Positions 22,485 to 35,627 of a stretch of 64,000 nucleotides of DNA are shown here, one piece after another (within the stretch, counting starts at the first letter, position 1; each line of letters starts with the position of its first letter). The DNA comes from Podarcis muralis. Lineage: Eukaryota. The stretch covers positions 111,042,001 through 111,106,000 of the forward strand of contig NC_135656.1 in the NCBI RefSeq assembly GCF_964188315.1. The letters are read 5' to 3'. Below the pieces are notes generated by a model. The model worked only from the letters and a program-made list of their open reading frames with translations. It had not been told where the DNA came from and did no database searches. The position numbers and the translations under genes are program-made.

Positions 22485-23919
22485 ATGGCAGACGAGAGTC
22501 CAGTCCAGAACCTCTGCGAGGAAACGACATGCCGCATCTGCTGGGAGTATTTCAAAGACCCAGTGATCATAGAATGCGGCCACAATTTCTGCCAAAGCTG
22601 CATCACCCAGGCTTGGGGAAACTCGGACCAAGATGCTTCTTGCCCTCAGTGCAGGGAACCTTGTCAGCAAAGGAATGTCAGGCCCAACCGGCAACTGGCC
22701 AGCATTGTGGAAATAGTCAAGAAATTCAGCCTTCAGATGGCCAGAGGGGCGGAAGCACTGGGAAGGGTTTGTGAGAGACAGCAGGAGCCCCTGAAACTCT
22801 TCGGCGAAGGCGACCAAGCCCCCATCTGTATGGTGTGCGACAAATCCAAGGAGCACAGGGACCACAAGGTGATCCCAAAGGAGGAGGCCTTTGATGAGTA
22901 TCAGGTAGGGAGCTGTAGGATGGGGACCAGAATTCCAAGGGATGCTCAGTTATCCTAAGGATGGGGAAAATATTTCACCCTGAGGGCTGCATTTTTCTCT
23001 AGGTGACATTCAGGTGGGTGTTTTCAGGGGTGCAGGAAGGGGGCGGAGGTGCAGGTGGGTGGGCCGCTCCAAGTGCCCTCACTGAGGGGGGTGACATTTG
23101 GTGCACCGCCTGCCCGTGACCCCCAAGCCTACTCCGAGCCGTTGGGGTAACGAAGGGAGCTACGCCGCTCTGCCGGCAGGATTCCCCCCTTTTCCCTTCA
23201 TTTTGCCAGCTTGGGGGAGGCTTGGGAGTTTTGAGCGGGTGACGCGCCAAATGTCCACCATGGGGGGCTCATTCCGCCCCCGTGCAAAGAAGTAATACAG
23301 ACAAAAAAATAATGGCAAGATGAATTATTTGACTATGTAGAATTGGCCAGAAGGACAGATGCAATTAAAGGTCAGACCAAACGAAAATTCCAAAAAGAAT
23401 GGAGAAAATATAGAGATTACCTTTAAAAAAAAGTGCCCTCAAATTAATCCTTGGACTTGTTTTGATTAACTTTTGCAAAACATACTATGGGGTAAAAGGT
23501 AAAAACCAGAAAGAAGAAGGGGTAAAAATGAAAAGAGAAGGAAACAGTTTGCTAAATATGAAAGTAGAACCGTGCTGAGGATGAAGGAAGTCAATTGGAA
23601 GAAAAGAAGAACTGAAATATTGTACATACAAATTGTTTAATATTTGCTTAGTATAAGTTTTTGTATTTACCTTTGATGTTCTTTGTTCTTTTTTTCTTTA
23701 TATTTTATGTTTTCTTTCTTTTTTCTTTTTCTTTTTGTTAGTGTGTGTGTGTTGCAAAATTTAAATTAAAATTTATTTCAAAAAAGAAAAAAGAAAACGT
23801 GGTTCTTTTTTGGTGGGTATGGGGTTGTTTTTATTTTGATTATATATTTTGTGGTTTTATATTCTGATTTTGTTCTGTGAACTGCCCTGAGATCTTCAGG
23901 TATAGGGCAGTATATGAAT

Positions 23920-23967
<48 letters not shown>

Positions 23968-26900
23968 GGTCACAGTAGCCCAATCTGGCATGCAGAAATC
24001 CTTAGCATTTCTAGGTAGGGCTGGGAATATACTGGACCTGAAATCCAGTCAGTACATCCAGTAGTGAGCTAGTTGGACCAGAGGTACAAATAACTCAGTG
24101 TAAGGCCACTTCCCCTCTTGCTAGATATGTCCAAAAACCCCAGAGCATAAAGGTATCAGGTATTAGCAATGGAGCCACGGGGCTCACAATTCTGCTGCAG
24201 AACCATATCAAAGCTTCCTATTAGCAGAGGCCCAGGAAGTTCTACCTGCAAAATACTGCAAGGGGGAAAAGGAGGAGCAAATCCCGTGAAGTTATGAGTT
24301 GTAAAGGATGTTATTAGGGCCAGTGTGGTTTCTTATGGGGGAACTCGGGGGAACCAGCACCTTTCCACCCCAAATGTGAAAAGTGTGGCACTTCCTGTGA
24401 TAACTTCATGGTGAATACTGGAAGCTGTTTTTCTTAAAAGAAGAAAAGAAAAAGAACGAGCTCTGAAAAGGACTGTGCACCAGCCACAACCTCTGGTTCG
24501 TACCCCAATTTAACTTTGGAAAAGAGCATGCTTTGGTGCAGAAAATGTGAGAGGGTGACTGACTTGGCTCAGGATCTGAATCCCATACAGATACTCTGTT
24601 TTGTGCAAACTTGGTATATGAGAAAACTTTTTATCTCTTACACTGTGTCCCCATAATTTTGAGCCCTCTTGTTTCCCCCAGATTTAATCAGAAAATGAAT
24701 TATTAGCTATATAAATATGCATATGTGAACACTGATTTAATTCTACACTGAGAATGGAAGTTTCCTAGAAGCTGTACGTAGACTCTCCTCATCCTTCATG
24801 TTCTTGGTTTCTTGAGCAGACATGCCTGTTACAGTTTATGAGTATATCTCTATTGCCAAAACTAACCCAAATGCCTTTTTGGCCACCCCAGGGTAGAATC
24901 CTGCGTCATTTGGAGTTCCTGAAGGAACAGAGAGAAGAAATTCTGTCTTCTAAACTGAAGAGGGAGACCGAAAGCCAGAATCTGCTGGTAGGTGCAAATC
25001 TTCTTGCCTCTCCAGGATGGTTATATTGACAGAGTGAGGCCTTAATTCTGTGGTGGAGCCTATGCTTCACTTGCTCAGCGTCCCAGATTTGATCATTGGC
25101 ATTATCAATTAAATGGATAATGGGTGGTAGAGTTGGGAAAGGTCTCTGCTTCAGACCTTGAAGAGCAGGATAGGCTAAAATTGGTTGGGTTGTCTAAGGG
25201 CAAATGTAGTCCTTGAGTCCAAAAATGTCCAGCCATGCCAGCATTAATCCTTTAAGAACGAAGTGAACCCCACAAAGCCAGTCTTCCTCCTTCTCATCAC
25301 TTCCTCACGGCCCTACTATTAGGCAGAGTGAGGTGGCCAAGGCAGGCTGAAGATGCCAGCGAATAGAGAGCAGCAGCAGTTTAATAGTTCAGTAGGTGAG
25401 CAGCAGGAAAATACTGAGGACCGAGCCAAGCAAAGAGGCCGTGTCCTGCTAATTTAGCCTGCCTGATGCCCTCAGCTGTGACTGAACTTCTGAAGTAAAC
25501 ATCAGCTGCCCTGCCAGTCAGGTTGTGCACATGGAATTAAGGGGACATCTAAATGTCTTTTTCTGGCCATGACTCTCTCCTTGCAGAAGCAGACAGACAT
25601 GGAGAGGCAGAAAATCATGGCTGATTTCAAGCAATTGCACCAGTTTCTGGAAGAACAAGAGTGCCTCCTGCTGGCTCAACTGAAGGAACTGGACGATGAG
25701 ATTAAATCCTGGGAGGACAAACATATTGCAAAACTCTCTGAGGAAATGTCCTCTATCGATGACCTTATTAAGGAGCTGGAGGAGAAGCAGAAACAGCCAG
25801 CGACTGAATTCTTGCAGGTAAGACTTGGCACAATTAAATAGTCCAAGTTGTCCTACAGGTAAGGGTTGTACCCCCAACCACTCTATTGGTTTACAGAAGT
25901 ACAGTAGCACCTCAAGTTACAAACGCCTCAGGTTACACACTCTTCAGGTTTCAAACTCCGCTAACCTGGAAGAGTTACCTCGAGAATTTTGCCCCAGGAT
26001 GAGAACGGAAATCGTGTGCTGGCGGCGCAGCGGCAGCAAGAGGCCCCATTAGTGAAAGCACACCTCTAGTTAAGAACAGTTTCGGGTTAAGAACGGACCT
26101 CCAGAACGAATGAAGTTCGTAACTAAAAGTACCACTGAATTCATAGTAGGGATATGCATTGGTCACACGTTTTGTTCCAAACTGTGATTGGAGCTTCATC
26201 AAACGGCATGATTCAGGTTGACCAATGGGAAAGCTTCCCTGTTCTGCTTCTGGTCCAGATCTGCTTCATTCTGCTGCTTCAATACTTGGAAAATTTAAAA
26301 CATCTATTACTCCCTGTCCTCCCTTTTGATAGAAGTGGATGAAATTTGCAGGCAAAGCTGCTCCTGAAGTGGGGATGAAGCCTGCCAAATTACACTGGAT
26401 CAAGGGAGTTTTTGTGCTAGTATTGGCAATGGCACCAGCAACACTGGCCAGTTGAGTTCTCCCTCTACCCAATTCAAACATGCCCTCGCTGTTGTGTGTA
26501 GAACAATGTACATTGTCAGCAGTAGCAGGTAGACATCTACTCTCAGGCTGGCAGCACCAGTGGTGGGAGCCAACAGCAGAGCATAGCCTGGGATCACTTG
26601 CAGTTGGCAGAAGATCCCATTCCATGACGAAGCATAACTGGGGGTGGGGTTCTGGGGCAGAGAGGGGGGCCTACATGCCCATTCGGGGGGATTTTCAAAT
26701 TTAGAAGCAAATGTCTGGGCTTTTGTAGTTTAATTAAGCAGCTGGAGGAGAAACAGAAGCAGCCAGTGACTGAATTCTTGCAGGTCAGCAATGGTGCAAC
26801 GAAACCCTCCAGGTTGTCCTCTGGGGAAGGGCTGTTCATCAGTCTATAGTCTATAGAAGTATTTACAGTAGGCATGTGCACTTTAGTATTTGGTTAATAT

Positions 26901-29748
26901 ATAAAGAAAAGGGGAAAGTAATAAACTGTTGGAGGCAACTGGTGCAAGGGACTGAATTTCTCTCATTCTGTCTCTTCCATCTAGAATATGAGAAGCATCC
27001 TGGAAAGGTATGTGGCTTTGTTATGAATATTAATATGAATAATATTAATTTCCTTCCTTGGAGGTAAGGGATAAATTGATTTGGTCTATACTTTTATTTG
27101 AACCAATCTAATTCAGAGTTTACAGAGCAATAAGCAGATCAAAAAAACAGTTACCAATCTGACTGCACAATTTTACAAATGTTGTGATGCATTTTTTTGT
27201 ATGGGGAAATGCACAAAAAGTGCCTTGGGGTATGCATAGAACAGCATACCAAAATGGATAGGATTTTTGGGGGGGGGGGGCAGAATGCATATAAAACACA
27301 TAGCAGGGCCGTGAGGAAGTGACGAGAAGGAGGAAGACTGGCTTTGTGGGGTTCATTCTTAAAATGTTTGCTTCTATTCAGCTGTCAATCCACAGAAAAC
27401 CCAAATGACCTTTGTTCCGATTCAGCGGTAAACAGTGGGGACTTTCCTGGGGAAAGCAGGGGGAATGAAAGAAAAACCTATCATGGACGAGCCCTTGGTA
27501 TCTTCCTGCTGCTCCCACTTTTCTCCTTCATTCTGACGACTGAATTAAGAATGACTTGAGAATGACCTGATGGAGCACAATAAACCTCACTTTCTTCACT
27601 TTCTTCTTCCTAGGAGTAATGAAAATGAATATAAAACCATGAATGCTTTTCCTCCTGGATTAGAAGAGCAAATAGATAATTTCTCCAAAATGCATCCTTT
27701 TTTGGAGAAGGAGACCGAGAAATTTAAAGGTAACAAAGATCATTGTATGATGTAGATATGGGATAGATAGAGATGATAGATGATAGATAGATAGATGATA
27801 GATAGAGTTGCATGCCTTGCCAATTTCCAAATGATGAATATTCCAGGGGTCCCAGGCTGCTTCCCCAGGGTTCGAGCTTCCTATTGGCAAATGAGGCACA
27901 GCAGAGACTGTGGTGTCCTTAGGATATATGGTTTATTTACACATATATACAATCTGAGCCTACAATGGAGGGGTTCACAGGCACCCCAAGAGAGTCTTGT
28001 TTCTCCCATAGCCCCAGCCTTGCATTCAAAACAGGAATCAACCATCGTGCTCTGGTTCTGTTTCTGTTTTGCTGCCTTTTGCAGCCTGTCACATCCCTAA
28101 ACTCTGCTCCAGAACTCTGGTTTTGTCTTCTAACTCTCTCAGAGCTGGGGGAGGCAACTCTTCTCTGTGTCCCCCACCCCGAACATGCTGTCATAACACT
28201 TAATGCTAATGCTGGAAGAGGGAGGAAGATGGAGAACTGTGGCTAAATTTTAGATTTATGTATGAACACTCTTGCAGACATTCTAAATCTAAAGCAATGC
28301 CCTTGGAGCCAAGTACGAATATTGACTTTTTCCTCATTTCACTTTTTTCCTCAGACGTTGTGCTCTCTGGACCTCAAGAAAAGAAAGGTACATTTCCAGG
28401 TTTGGCAGATCATTAAACAATTTTTGCAGATGAGAAATGGGAGGGTTTTGCACTTCAATCTCCCAGCAGCACAAGATTGCTGGGGTCCCAAGCTGCATCC
28501 CCAGGGTTTGATTTTCTTTTGGGAAATGAGGCACAGCAGAGACTGTGGTGTCTTTAGGATATATGGTTTATTCACACATATATACATTCTGAGCCTATGG
28601 TGGAGGGGTTCACAAGGCGGACAACCCAAGAGAGTCTTGTTTTTCCCATAGCCACAGCCTTGCATTCAAAACAGGAACCAGCCCTCGTGCTCTGATTTTC
28701 TTTCCATCTTGCTGCCTTTTACAGCCTGTCACTCTGCTCCAAAACTCTGGTTTTGTCTTCTAACTCTCTCAGAACTGGAGGACTGGGAAGCAAACAAGAG
28801 TAGCTGAAGCTTGACATTTGAGTGTTCTTCTTATCTATTTCTCTATTAAAAATTCTGAGTAATCTTCATTATTTGGCATTGATTCTTCTGAAACACTCCC
28901 CCCGTCCCAATGTTTCCATAAAATGTAATGGGAATGCTGGAATGCTGTGGCTTGCTGAAGTCAGCTGGGAGTTCACCACATCTCAACTGGTGTGTGTTAT
29001 GAGCACAGCAAACGGAGTCATCAGAGATTTCCTTCTCCCATCTGAACAGCATCTTCCAGAGTTCGTTAAGAGGGAAACTCCTCCCACACAGTTCAAAGTA
29101 ACCAAGTGTTTAATGTCTCCAGACACAAGACCAGTCCTTCATCGTCTTTGAAGTAAAGATAGGTACGATCAGATCCATTGACACTGATCACCATGCTAGC
29201 TAATGCTTCTGTGGAATACCCACAGCCTCTTCCCCTGAGTCTCACAGAGTCAGACCCTTGACAGCAAATGGGACAGTGCACAGACAAGACAGACAGGATG
29301 AAAGCAATGCCCGAGTCAACCAGAGCACAACTGTTAAGGGTCTTACTTGGCCATTTCTTAAAGATGTCCCCAACTAATCAAGTTCCTTGCTATTGCAGCT
29401 GGCTCTGCCATGCCCTCCTCAACACCAGAGAGCATACAACAAGGTGAAATGTGCATCATGAGGGAGAAGAGCAACTTGGGAACACTTGGGAAAATAGCAT
29501 CAGGTACGCTGCTTGGGGATGGATTCCCCCCCCCCCATTTGTGTGTGTGAGAGAGTGTGGGGGAGATTTTGCAGTCAAATCTACAGTACTAATGCACATA
29601 CTTACTAGTTAGCATGTGAATGAGTTAAGACCATAGAGCTGTCTTGCTGATAGGCCATAGACCATAGAAATGTAATTGGTAGAGAGGGCAGTGTGTGGTG
29701 TCATTTCCCCTTCTCTCCTGAGGGGGAAGAAGCCAATAAATATTTCCT

Positions 29749-29792
<44 letters not shown>

Positions 29793-32059
29793 CCCCCCCC
29801 TTTGACCAACAATGGAGGCAGACATGTTAATAGTTAATATATTCCCACACTTACCTAATAAAAACCCATCAGAGAGCATAGAGGAGTGTGAGCCATTCCC
29901 TCCCCCTTTTTTAAACTCTCTCCTGCTCCTTTTTCTTCTCTTCCCTCTTCCATCTGGTCTTCCTTCCTTCCTTCTTCATAGCTCCAAAGGCTGTTCACCC
30001 CTCCCACCAGCAGATGGAGATACACAGAGCAATCTACCTGGGTCTGCCCAGACATAGGTGTTGGAATCCATGATTTGCCGGCAGCTTAGCAAGTTTGCAA
30101 TTAGAATCTCCACAGCATGGGAATACAGGACATGAAAGGAATCTGCCTAGAGATAAGGAGACCCAGCAACAACCAAGTGATTGTCTTGAGTTCCTTATGC
30201 AGGCATGACCTATAACACTGGTGTGTGTTGGAGAGTGTTAGTGTGGTGTGGTTAGTGCTGAGGAGTTACTGAGAGTTAAGAAGTCGTGTTGTAAAAAGTA
30301 ACTTGTGAATAGCTTGTATGTTTGCTGCTGTAAATAATAAAACAACAAGAACCAAGTTAGTAGTCAGCAGTTTTTGTTCCTGCTCGTCGTTCAGCTGGGC
30401 AATCTGAAGAGTTGCTCAGCAATCGCTGTGATACTCTTCTATACTCTGCTGTGCAACAGGTGAAAGCACTTCAAAGGTTCATTGGATTCCAAAAGTTTTA
30501 ACAATAGGTTGTATGGAGTTCAGAGGGATTCATTTCCAAGCTAGCAAGTGTAGGATTGCAGTCTCCAATTCAGTTCCTTGGGCAAGTCACTGCCCTCTGA
30601 GCCTCACCACCTTAACAAAATCCATAAGCTCCGCTCTGACTAAGGATGGGGAAAGATTCAGGTCAATTCACGTGGAAAGGCGAATCTTACCTAATTCACA
30701 CTTCCTGAAAGTATACGCAAACTGTGATGTCAGCCTCCTTCGGAATTTGCACTCCTCCAAATTTTGCCGCACAGTTCTCCAAGGATGCAACGTGTAAAAA
30801 AAGGTAAAGGACCCCTGACAGTTAAGTCCAGTCGTGAACGACTCTGGGGTTGCAGCACTCATCTCACTTTACAGGCCGAGGGAGCCGGCGTTTGTCCGCT
30901 CCGCAGACAGTCCCCGCCCCCCCGGGTCATGTGGCCAGCATGACTAAGCCGCTTCTGGTGCAATGGAACACCAAAACCAAAGCAGCGCAAGGGAGGGAGT
31001 ACCTATTTATCTACTTGCACTTTGATGTGCTTTCGAACTGCTAGGTTGGCAGGAGCAGGGACGGAGCAACAGGAGCTCACCCTGTCATGGGGATTTGAAC
31101 CGTCAACCTTCTGATCAGCAGGCCCAAGAGGCTCAGTGGTTTAGACCACAGCTCGACCCACGTCCCTATGTGTACAAACATGCCAAAAAAATGTGCGTTA
31201 GGAGAAATTCACACTAGCAACACAGATGGATTTTCATGAGTACTTAAAAAAAAAAAAAGAATTTGCAAAGCAATGTGAAAGTGTGGAGAACTGAATTTAG
31301 GAGTAGAAAATATAAGAAACCAAAAATTGATAATTTGCCATTTCCTAGCCCTGATTCCCATTTCATCCCTCCAAATTGTAGCCAACCCAGAACCCCCTCG
31401 GTAGCTTCCTAAGCACACAAAAAACTATAGGGTATCACAAAAGATAGATGCACACATGCACCTTCCCCTATAATTCAAACACTGACCCGGCTCCCTCTTT
31501 CTCTGTGTGTGAATCTCTCTCTCTTACAGTGAATATAGTTTTGGATCCAGAAACAGCAAATCACTACCTCATTCTCTCTGAAGACAGGAAGAGTGTGAGA
31601 TGTGGAAGGGAAAAGCAAAATCTGCCCGACAGCCGAAAGAGATTTGATCCGAAGACCTACGTGCTGGGCAGCGAGAGATTCCGTGCAGTAAGAAAATGGT
31701 GGGAAGTGGAAGTTGGAGGAGAGAAAAATGCCACGTGGGCTGTGGGGGTGGCACGCGACTCCACCCCGAGGAAGGGACAGGTCAGCCTTCAACCCAGTGT
31801 AGGAATCTGGGCTGTCGGGAAAGCCATAGTTGGCTCATTGTATGGACTTTGGGCTTTTACTGCCCCTGAGCGGACCCCTTTGCTGTTGAATCACGAGCTC
31901 AGGAAGATCCGGGTGACCCTGGACTACGAAAAGGGTTCTGTGGGATTTGTTGATGTCAAAGGAGATGTCTTGATCTTCACTTTCCCGAACGCGTCCTTCT
32001 TTGGGGAGGAAATCCGGCCCTTTTTCTTGGTCGGGCAAGGAGCTGAACTGAGCTGCTGA
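22485..32059 (+). CDS. TRIM A: RING-Bbox2-coiled coil-PRY/SPRY E3 ligase (TRIM7/27/39-like class), 482 aa; exons 22485-22904, 24892-24987, 25587-25817, 26985-27007, 27614-27729, 28355-28387, 31530-32059
   Basis: C3HC4 RING. Exon sizes 420/96/231/23/116/33/530 with GT-AG sites sum to 1449 nt, open. Terminal exon VLDPETANHYLILSEDRKSV...WWEVEV...WAVGVA...IRVTLDYEKG is a canonical B30.2. The B-box lacks two zinc ligands. Confidence 0.88.
23285..23790 (+). mobile_element. L1 LINE 3' fragment in TRIM A intron 1
   Basis: Degenerate L1 C-terminal coding (…QKEWRKYRDYL) followed by a T-rich UTR and A-rich tail. Confidence 0.6.
23920..23966. repeat. (AAGT)n microsatellite
   Basis: Direct reading; shorter homologue at 49115-49132. 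Confidence 0.95.
25902..26137. mobile_element. Tc1/mariner-type MITE
   Basis: Degenerate CAGT(A/G)G(C/T)ACC TIRs and the same internal sequence as other copies. Confidence 0.75.
29750..29790. repeat. (CT)n microsatellite
   Basis: Direct reading. Confidence 0.95.
30795..31167 (-). mobile_element. Sauria SINE
   Basis: Match to the other copies. Confidence 0.85.
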
Positions 32060-32821
32060 ATCTTGAGGGCACGACTCCTCACAGTCCCCTCCCCAATCGC
32101 CCCCAATGCCCTGAAAAAGAGGAGTTGTTTTTGCACTTCCCGTGCAACTGTATGAGATCCAAGCAAAGAGCTGTAGAATGGCGCTCAGGGAGGAATGGCC
32201 ACAGAAATTTGGGCCTTTCCATCTGTGGGGCAAGAGCGGGTTGGCATGTGGGAAGAACAGTGTTCTTGTGCTTTCAACAATGGCCTGGCAGGCAGAAATC
32301 CAACAGGCTAAGCCTCTTCTAGTATGAAAAGACAGTCATGGGAAAAGCTTCATCACCTCTGTATTCCCTCTCATATTGTATTATGGCAGCCATGTTTTGT
32401 TATGGTCCTGTGGCAGCCATTTTGTTACTGGTACCGACAGCACACCCTCAAAACTTGAGATGTGCCCTCGTCCAAAAAAGTGGGCGCCCGCTGGTCTACA
32501 ATATCAGTTCTGTATTGTACTGAGCGTTTTGCATCAATAAACCATCTCCTTGTTTTCAGTTTCAGTGTTTAGTCTGTGGTCCTTATCCCTGGCTATGTTT
32601 CACCTAATGAGGTGAAAATCTGAGCCTAGAGTAACAACCTAAAGGGGAAATGTCCTTGAAACTTGAAAACGTTGACAGCATTAAGATAAATTCAACAGTG
32701 TAAATAAGTTTTGATGGATGCAATAATGGAATACTCAATGGTTTATTTTATGTAAAATATGCAGGGATTTATGGCATGCAAAATGAACCATGGAAAGAGA
32801 AGAAAGGAAGTTAAATGAATA

Positions 32822-33051
32822 AGTGGTACCTCAGGTTAAGAACTTAATTTGTTCTGGAGGTCTGTTCTTAACCTGAAACTGTTCTTAACCTGAGGTAGCA
32901 CTTTAGCTAATGGGACCTCCTGCTGCTGCCACACAATTTCTGTTCTCATCCTGAGGTAAAGTTCTTAACCTGAGGTACTATTTCTGGGTTAGCGGAGTCT
33001 GTAACCTGAAGCGTCTATAACCTGAAGAATCTGTAACCCAAGGTACCACTG
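32822..33051. mobile_element. Tc1/mariner-type MITE
   Basis: TIRs, TA TSD; paralogous to 15180-15394. Confidence 0.8.
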
Positions 33052-34848
33052 TATTCTAAAATGTAAAACAAAAAAATTATACCAAAAAATAATTATTATT
33101 ATACAAGAAGGCTCCAAGGATAGAGATCCTCCAGCCTGCAGGCCAGATTTGGCCCAGCACTGGTCCCAAATTGAAACTTGAGGCAGTTTCCCCCAGTGCA
33201 TACCCCCTTGCCCCACACCTGTCATCAAATGCTGTATCCGGTGTGGGGCAAAGAGATGGACATGCTTGGATCAGCTGCACAGCAGAATTTTGCGCGAGGA
33301 AGCCAGTTGCACAGATGATCCCTGGAGGAAGCTGCTTTGGCTTGGTGCCTGGAAAGTGCCGAGTGGGTCGGTGAGCATTTAGTTGGTGAGCAAGCCCAAC
33401 GCTCAGCACTTCCTGAGCTTCCCGCTGAGCAAAGGGCCACCGGAAACCCCCTGCAATGCGGCTCCCAAGGACCTGAAAAATGGCCGTCCGTCGGGTGCTC
33501 AGGAAGTAGTGCACAAAGGACACTGGCAGGTAGGTGGAATAACCCATTCAAGGGGCCTTATTCTTGACTGGAGATCCTGCTGGCAATTTGTGTATTAAAA
33601 AAACACAACAGTCCTGCACAGATTTGAAATTAACACAGGCTAGTTTTGCCCTCAGACGACTCCTTCTTATTGAATATATACTGTATACCTAGCAAGGAGG
33701 TGATAGTGAGGTCCAATCAGGGAAGATTGAGGTTGGTGGTCCTAAATCTAGGCTTCTTCACACCACTGCACACCTTCCAGGAAAGCAACAATGTTGTTGC
33801 TCTGCCCGCCCGCCCCAACCCCAAGTAGGATTTTGAAACCCCATAGAAGAAACCTCCTTTTTTAAAATAGTTTTTATTAATATAAAGTACAAACAATCAA
33901 GAAAAAAAATTAAAAGTTACAAAGCATAGGAGCAGTACTGGGATTGTCTTTTTCAAATAAACAGAGAGAAGACAGTAGAAAAATAGAAACAGCAAGAAAT
34001 GTCGTGAAAGCCAAATTTCACAATTTGTTGGGGGGAGATTTATTTCTTCGCCTTACATGGAACCTAAAATGACTACAAAATTATCATTTCCTAAAATGAG
34101 CAATCAGACAGGAAAAAAAATTGAAAGCAATCTTGAAAAGGTTTGCGCAGAACCAGGAAGAGGGGTGGGGTGGCAAAAAGCCTCAAAGAGAGACAGAGAG
34201 AAAACATTTTAAAAGGAAACCAGAACACCGTGGCTGATCTTATGAAAATGCAGTCATTAAACGATCCTGTGACCAAATAAATCCAATTCAAAACCTGACC
34301 TCAGATAGACAAATGCTGCCCATGGAAGTTCTACTTTTGACAAACAATTTGCTTTTACTGGAAAGGCTGCTAATTTCCCCTTTGGTCATACAGTCATAAT
34401 AATACTTAGGGTTCCTTTGTATTCAGATGATATATTGCCTACTTTTTATGCCCTGTACAAATAAATGTGTTGAGGGGTGTGTGTATTTATGTATGTATGT
34501 GTATGTATGTACACAAACACGCATCCAGGGGGTTGAGGTGCCAAACTGGGTCTTTGACAGGGGTGACAGAAAGCCTAGTTTCAGCTCTGCTCTCGCCTCC
34601 TGTGTTTCTCTGCTGCCCCCTATTGAATGGAGTTTCCTCTGCAACCAGCACAGAAGCCAACACAATGCTCTGTACCTTGACTGCATGAACTTCCTGGTTG
34701 CCACTGCAAAGATGTTGTACCAGATTCCTGGCAGGATAGACATTGTTACTCTCTCACCTGTTTTTCCCAAGAGGGAAAATACATAACTATGAGCAGCGTG
34801 GCTGGGGGATGCAGCATTATTTAGTTGTTAATATTATTATTATTATTA

Positions 34849-35079
34849 CAGTGGTACCTTGGGTTACAAACACCTCGGATTACAAACACTTCCGGTTACA
34901 GACTCCGCTAACCCAGAAATAGTACCTCAGGTTAAGAACTTTACCTCAGGATGAGAACAGAAATCGCGCAGTGGTAGCGGGAGGCCCCATTAGTTAAAGT
35001 GGTACCTCAGGTTAAGAACAGTTTCAGGTTAAGAACGGACCTCTGGAACGAATTAAGTTCGTAACCAGAGGTACCACTG
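34849..35079. mobile_element. Tc1/mariner-type MITE
   Basis: CAGTGGTACCT TIRs, TA TSD. Confidence 0.85.
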
Positions 35080-35464
35080 TATTATTATTATTTATACCCC
35101 GCCCATCTGGCTGGGTTTCCCCAGCCACTCTGGGCGGCTCACAACAGAATCTTAAAAACAGAATAAAAGATCAACATTAAAAACTTTCCTAAACAGTAGT
35201 AGTAGTAATTTATTATTTGTACCCGGCCCATCTGGCTGGGTCTCGCCAGCCACTCAGGGCAACTTCCAACAAAGATTAAAAATACATTAAAATGTCACAC
35301 ATTAAAAACTTCCCTGAACAGGGCTGCCTTCAGATGTCTTCTAAATGTCAGGTAGTTGTTTATTTCCTTGACATCTGATGGGAGGGACGCAGGAAGAATT
35401 TCATTCAGTTCAAAGGCAAATCTACCTAATTCACATTCTCTAAGACAATTTGTGTGCTGAAACG

Positions 35465-35627
35465 CAACCTTGAGAGGTGGTGGACTCTCCTTCCCTGGAG
35501 GTTTCTAAGCAGAGGTTGGACGGCCCTCTGCTATGGATGCTTAGCTGAGATTCCTGCATTGCAGGGGTTGGACTAGATGACCCTCAAGGTCCCTTCCAGT
35601 TCTACGATTCTATGATCCTATGATTCT
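35465..35627 (+). mobile_element. CR1 LINE 3' end
   Basis: GGGTTGGACTAGATGACC...GGTCCCTTCCAG followed by (ATTCTATG)-like terminal repeats. Confidence 0.85.

Noticed and set aside
31448-32059. Stand-alone vespryn/ohanin-like B30.2 gene
   Set aside because: No signal-peptide exon. A phase-1 acceptor at 31529 fits the upstream TRIM A exons.
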